Of a DNA stretch of 64,000 bases, positions 62,870 through 64,000 are shown in pieces. Each line of letters starts with the position of its first letter. The stretch's first letter is position 1. Made by a program: the position numbers and the translations under genes. Under the pieces are notes generated by a model. It was not told the origin of the DNA. It ran no database searches and saw nothing but the letters and a program-made list of their open reading frames with translations. The DNA is from Adineta vaga (lineage: Eukaryota; Animalia; Rotifera), in NCBI GenBank assembly GCA_021613535.1, contig CP075497.1, positions 1,674,001 through 1,738,000 on the forward strand. Direction: 5' to 3'.

Positions 62870-63072
62870 AAAAAACGGTTTAAAAACAAGGCATAATCTG
62901 AGTTCCGTTTTCGAATAGAATTCGGTGCTCCGTAATACGGTCCGTAAATGGCGCGAAAAATATCCGTATTTACACCGTTAACTGCTATCGGTATACAAAA
63001 AAAGTCGGAGATCCGTTTAGATGCCGTTTTTATTGGTATACTGCCGTTTTCGGTCCGACTCGTTCGACCTGG
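62870..63072. mobile_element. Right arm of a CCCAGGT-ended, ACGG/CCGT-rich element
   Basis: CCGT-rich tract ending GTTCGACCTGG at 63072. Confidence 0.55.
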
Positions 63073-63164
63073 AAGGTCAGAGTCATACAGCTGAATTATC
63101 GACACTGTTACGCTAATATCCTTGACAATTGTTGACACACATAATATATGTCGAAGTGATTTAT

Positions 63165-64000
63165 AAAACGAAAGAACTTTACTGAACCATTCTAATATCT
63201 TTATTAGAGAAATGATTGCGTGTTTGATTATTTTCCAAGCTACCATGGGGTACAATAAAATGTAAGACACGACAAGATTTCTTTTATCAATTATAAAAGT
63301 ATTGTTCACAGGTCATTGGAAATGAAAGACATAAATAGATTAAAAAGAAAATATTTTTTGTACCTCAGAAATCAATGTGATGTTAACTCAATTTCATTAG
63401 AGTAAGACATGCATATTTTAGATGGGATAAAATATCGAATATAAATAACCTAATCTAATATATAATTATTGAATAGACGAATGACGCACGGGAATAATTT
63501 ACTTATTTTTTTTTATAAAGAAGTGTATTGTTTAATACCATTTACTTTTCTGTACGACATTTTCGAGTTTTTCTCTGGCGATATGATAATTCCTGAAGTA
63601 AGTTTTATTGGTTTTCAAGATTTAGGTGAAGGATGCAGTATGATATGATTGAAATTTGTATATTATTGTTGGTAAAAAAACGAAATTTATCGTTTTATAA
63701 CAGAAGATATATTTCGAGTCTTCTATGGATCATCAAGTGTATAATACTGATTCAACTTTTTTAAAGTACTGGATTTTGGTTATACAAAAGATCATCAACA
63801 TGTTTATTTATATGAACAAATTTGATTCCTCCTGATAATAATGGAATGACAATTATTTTACCAATTCCACCATCAGTAACGCCTTTTATGCTCATTCCAC
63901 TATTTCATACTCAAATCATGTAATAATACCAAATCAAACAGTCTTTGCAGGATACATTGCAGGAACAAATGATTCAATTGATTGTTGCATTTTAATATAA
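63165..64000 (+). repeat. Segmental duplication copy 2, carrying DKNYY-CaaX pseudogene copy 3 (63556-64000)
   Basis: Near-identical to 43167-44001, including the shared frameshifts. Ends GATTGTTGCATTTTAATATAA (DCCILI*) at the window edge. Confidence 0.95.

Noticed and set aside
62866-63309. 147-aa minus-strand ORF
   Set aside because: Spans a MITE arm and a duplication junction with no protein motif; likely a chance ORF.

Overview
AT-rich eukaryotic (animal) genomic DNA with very short (~50-60 nt) GT-AG introns. Intron size and gene families (large FG-GAP repeat protein, intronless orphan 7TM GPCR, F-box/LRR-like fragment, CCCAGG-/CCCACG-ended MITEs) point to a bdelloid rotifer; this is inference. 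The window has two halves. Bases 1-36 kb are densely packed with apparently intact genes: a same-strand trio of mitochondrial genes (ATP5PO>NFU1>SLC25A46) head-to-head with neurofibromin NF1, a 28-repeat FG-GAP type II membrane protein, a CHST-type sulfotransferase, a calmodulin-like gene, DNAJB6, a GABARAP/ATG8 ending directly in Gly116, a GPCR plus its decayed copy, an HMG-box-like orphan and RSPH3. Bases ~36.5-64 kb are mostly decayed duplicates and transposons. They include COPG, WAC-like and coiled-coil pseudogenes, and a beta-arrestin with two 73-nt mutually exclusive exons plus a second 3' fragment. They also hold three copies of a bacterial-type DKNYY-repeat gene ending in a CaaX box, three copies (one intact) of an unassigned gene family, several MITEs, and a 3.56-kb IS630-Tc1-mariner element with ~586-bp TIRs and an intron-containing DD112E transposase. 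Exon coordinates were read by eye and may be off by a few bases.
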